Assembly: GCF_006345805.1 (NCBI RefSeq)
Contig: NC_043002.1
Location: 88,102,001 to 88,166,000, forward strand
Length of the DNA: 64,000 nt
DNA from: Octopus sinensis
Taxonomy: Eukaryota
Direction of reading: 5' to 3'
Below are positions 63,935-64,000 of the stretch, piece by piece (position 1 is the first letter of the stretch; each line of letters begins with the position of its first letter). Both the position numbers and the translations under genes were made by a program. The notes below the pieces were generated by a model. It was not told the DNA's origin. It did no database searches and was given only the letters and a program-made list of their open reading frames with translations.

Positions 63935-64000
63935 GTAAATATCTCTTTAATTATTGCTTTCTTTTTCTGAGTTTTTTTTTCTTTAACTTCAAGCCTATAA

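Noticed and set aside
1-64000. Prokaryotic, phage or defence-system content
   Set aside because: No operon-like ORF density or bacterial motifs; all long frames are eukaryotic transposon proteins or spliced exons.

Overview
AT-rich, microsatellite- and transposon-dense animal genomic DNA. The SINE families, RTE tails and simple-repeat load point to a cephalopod, most likely Octopus (inferred from recalled repeat families, no database search run). Most of the window is repeats: four or five tRNA-derived SINE families, a young 5'-truncated RTE LINE with an unbroken RT frame (34101-36294, minus), CR1, Penelope, Gypsy and Helitron remnants, several Tc1/mariner pseudo-transposases and MITEs. One host gene could be rebuilt by hand. 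Seven + strand exons (43250-43338, 51895-52070, 53546-53805, 55779-55899, 60785-60957, 63131-63212, 63706-63934) splice in phase into a 376-codon frame. Its N-terminus resembles RGS22/RGSL1, and the gene continues past the window. Most notable oddities: a TIR element family with an 8-bp TSD carrying internal (TTAGGG)n; a mariner 23 nt upstream of a splice acceptor whose TIR may supply the branch point; a probable GC-AG intron; a perfect 106-bp-arm hairpin; SINE multimers with a fixed junction; a minisatellite that switches higher-order structure. No CRISPR, rRNA, true tRNA or prokaryotic system is supported. Nearly all ORF-track entries are artefacts of simple repeats.
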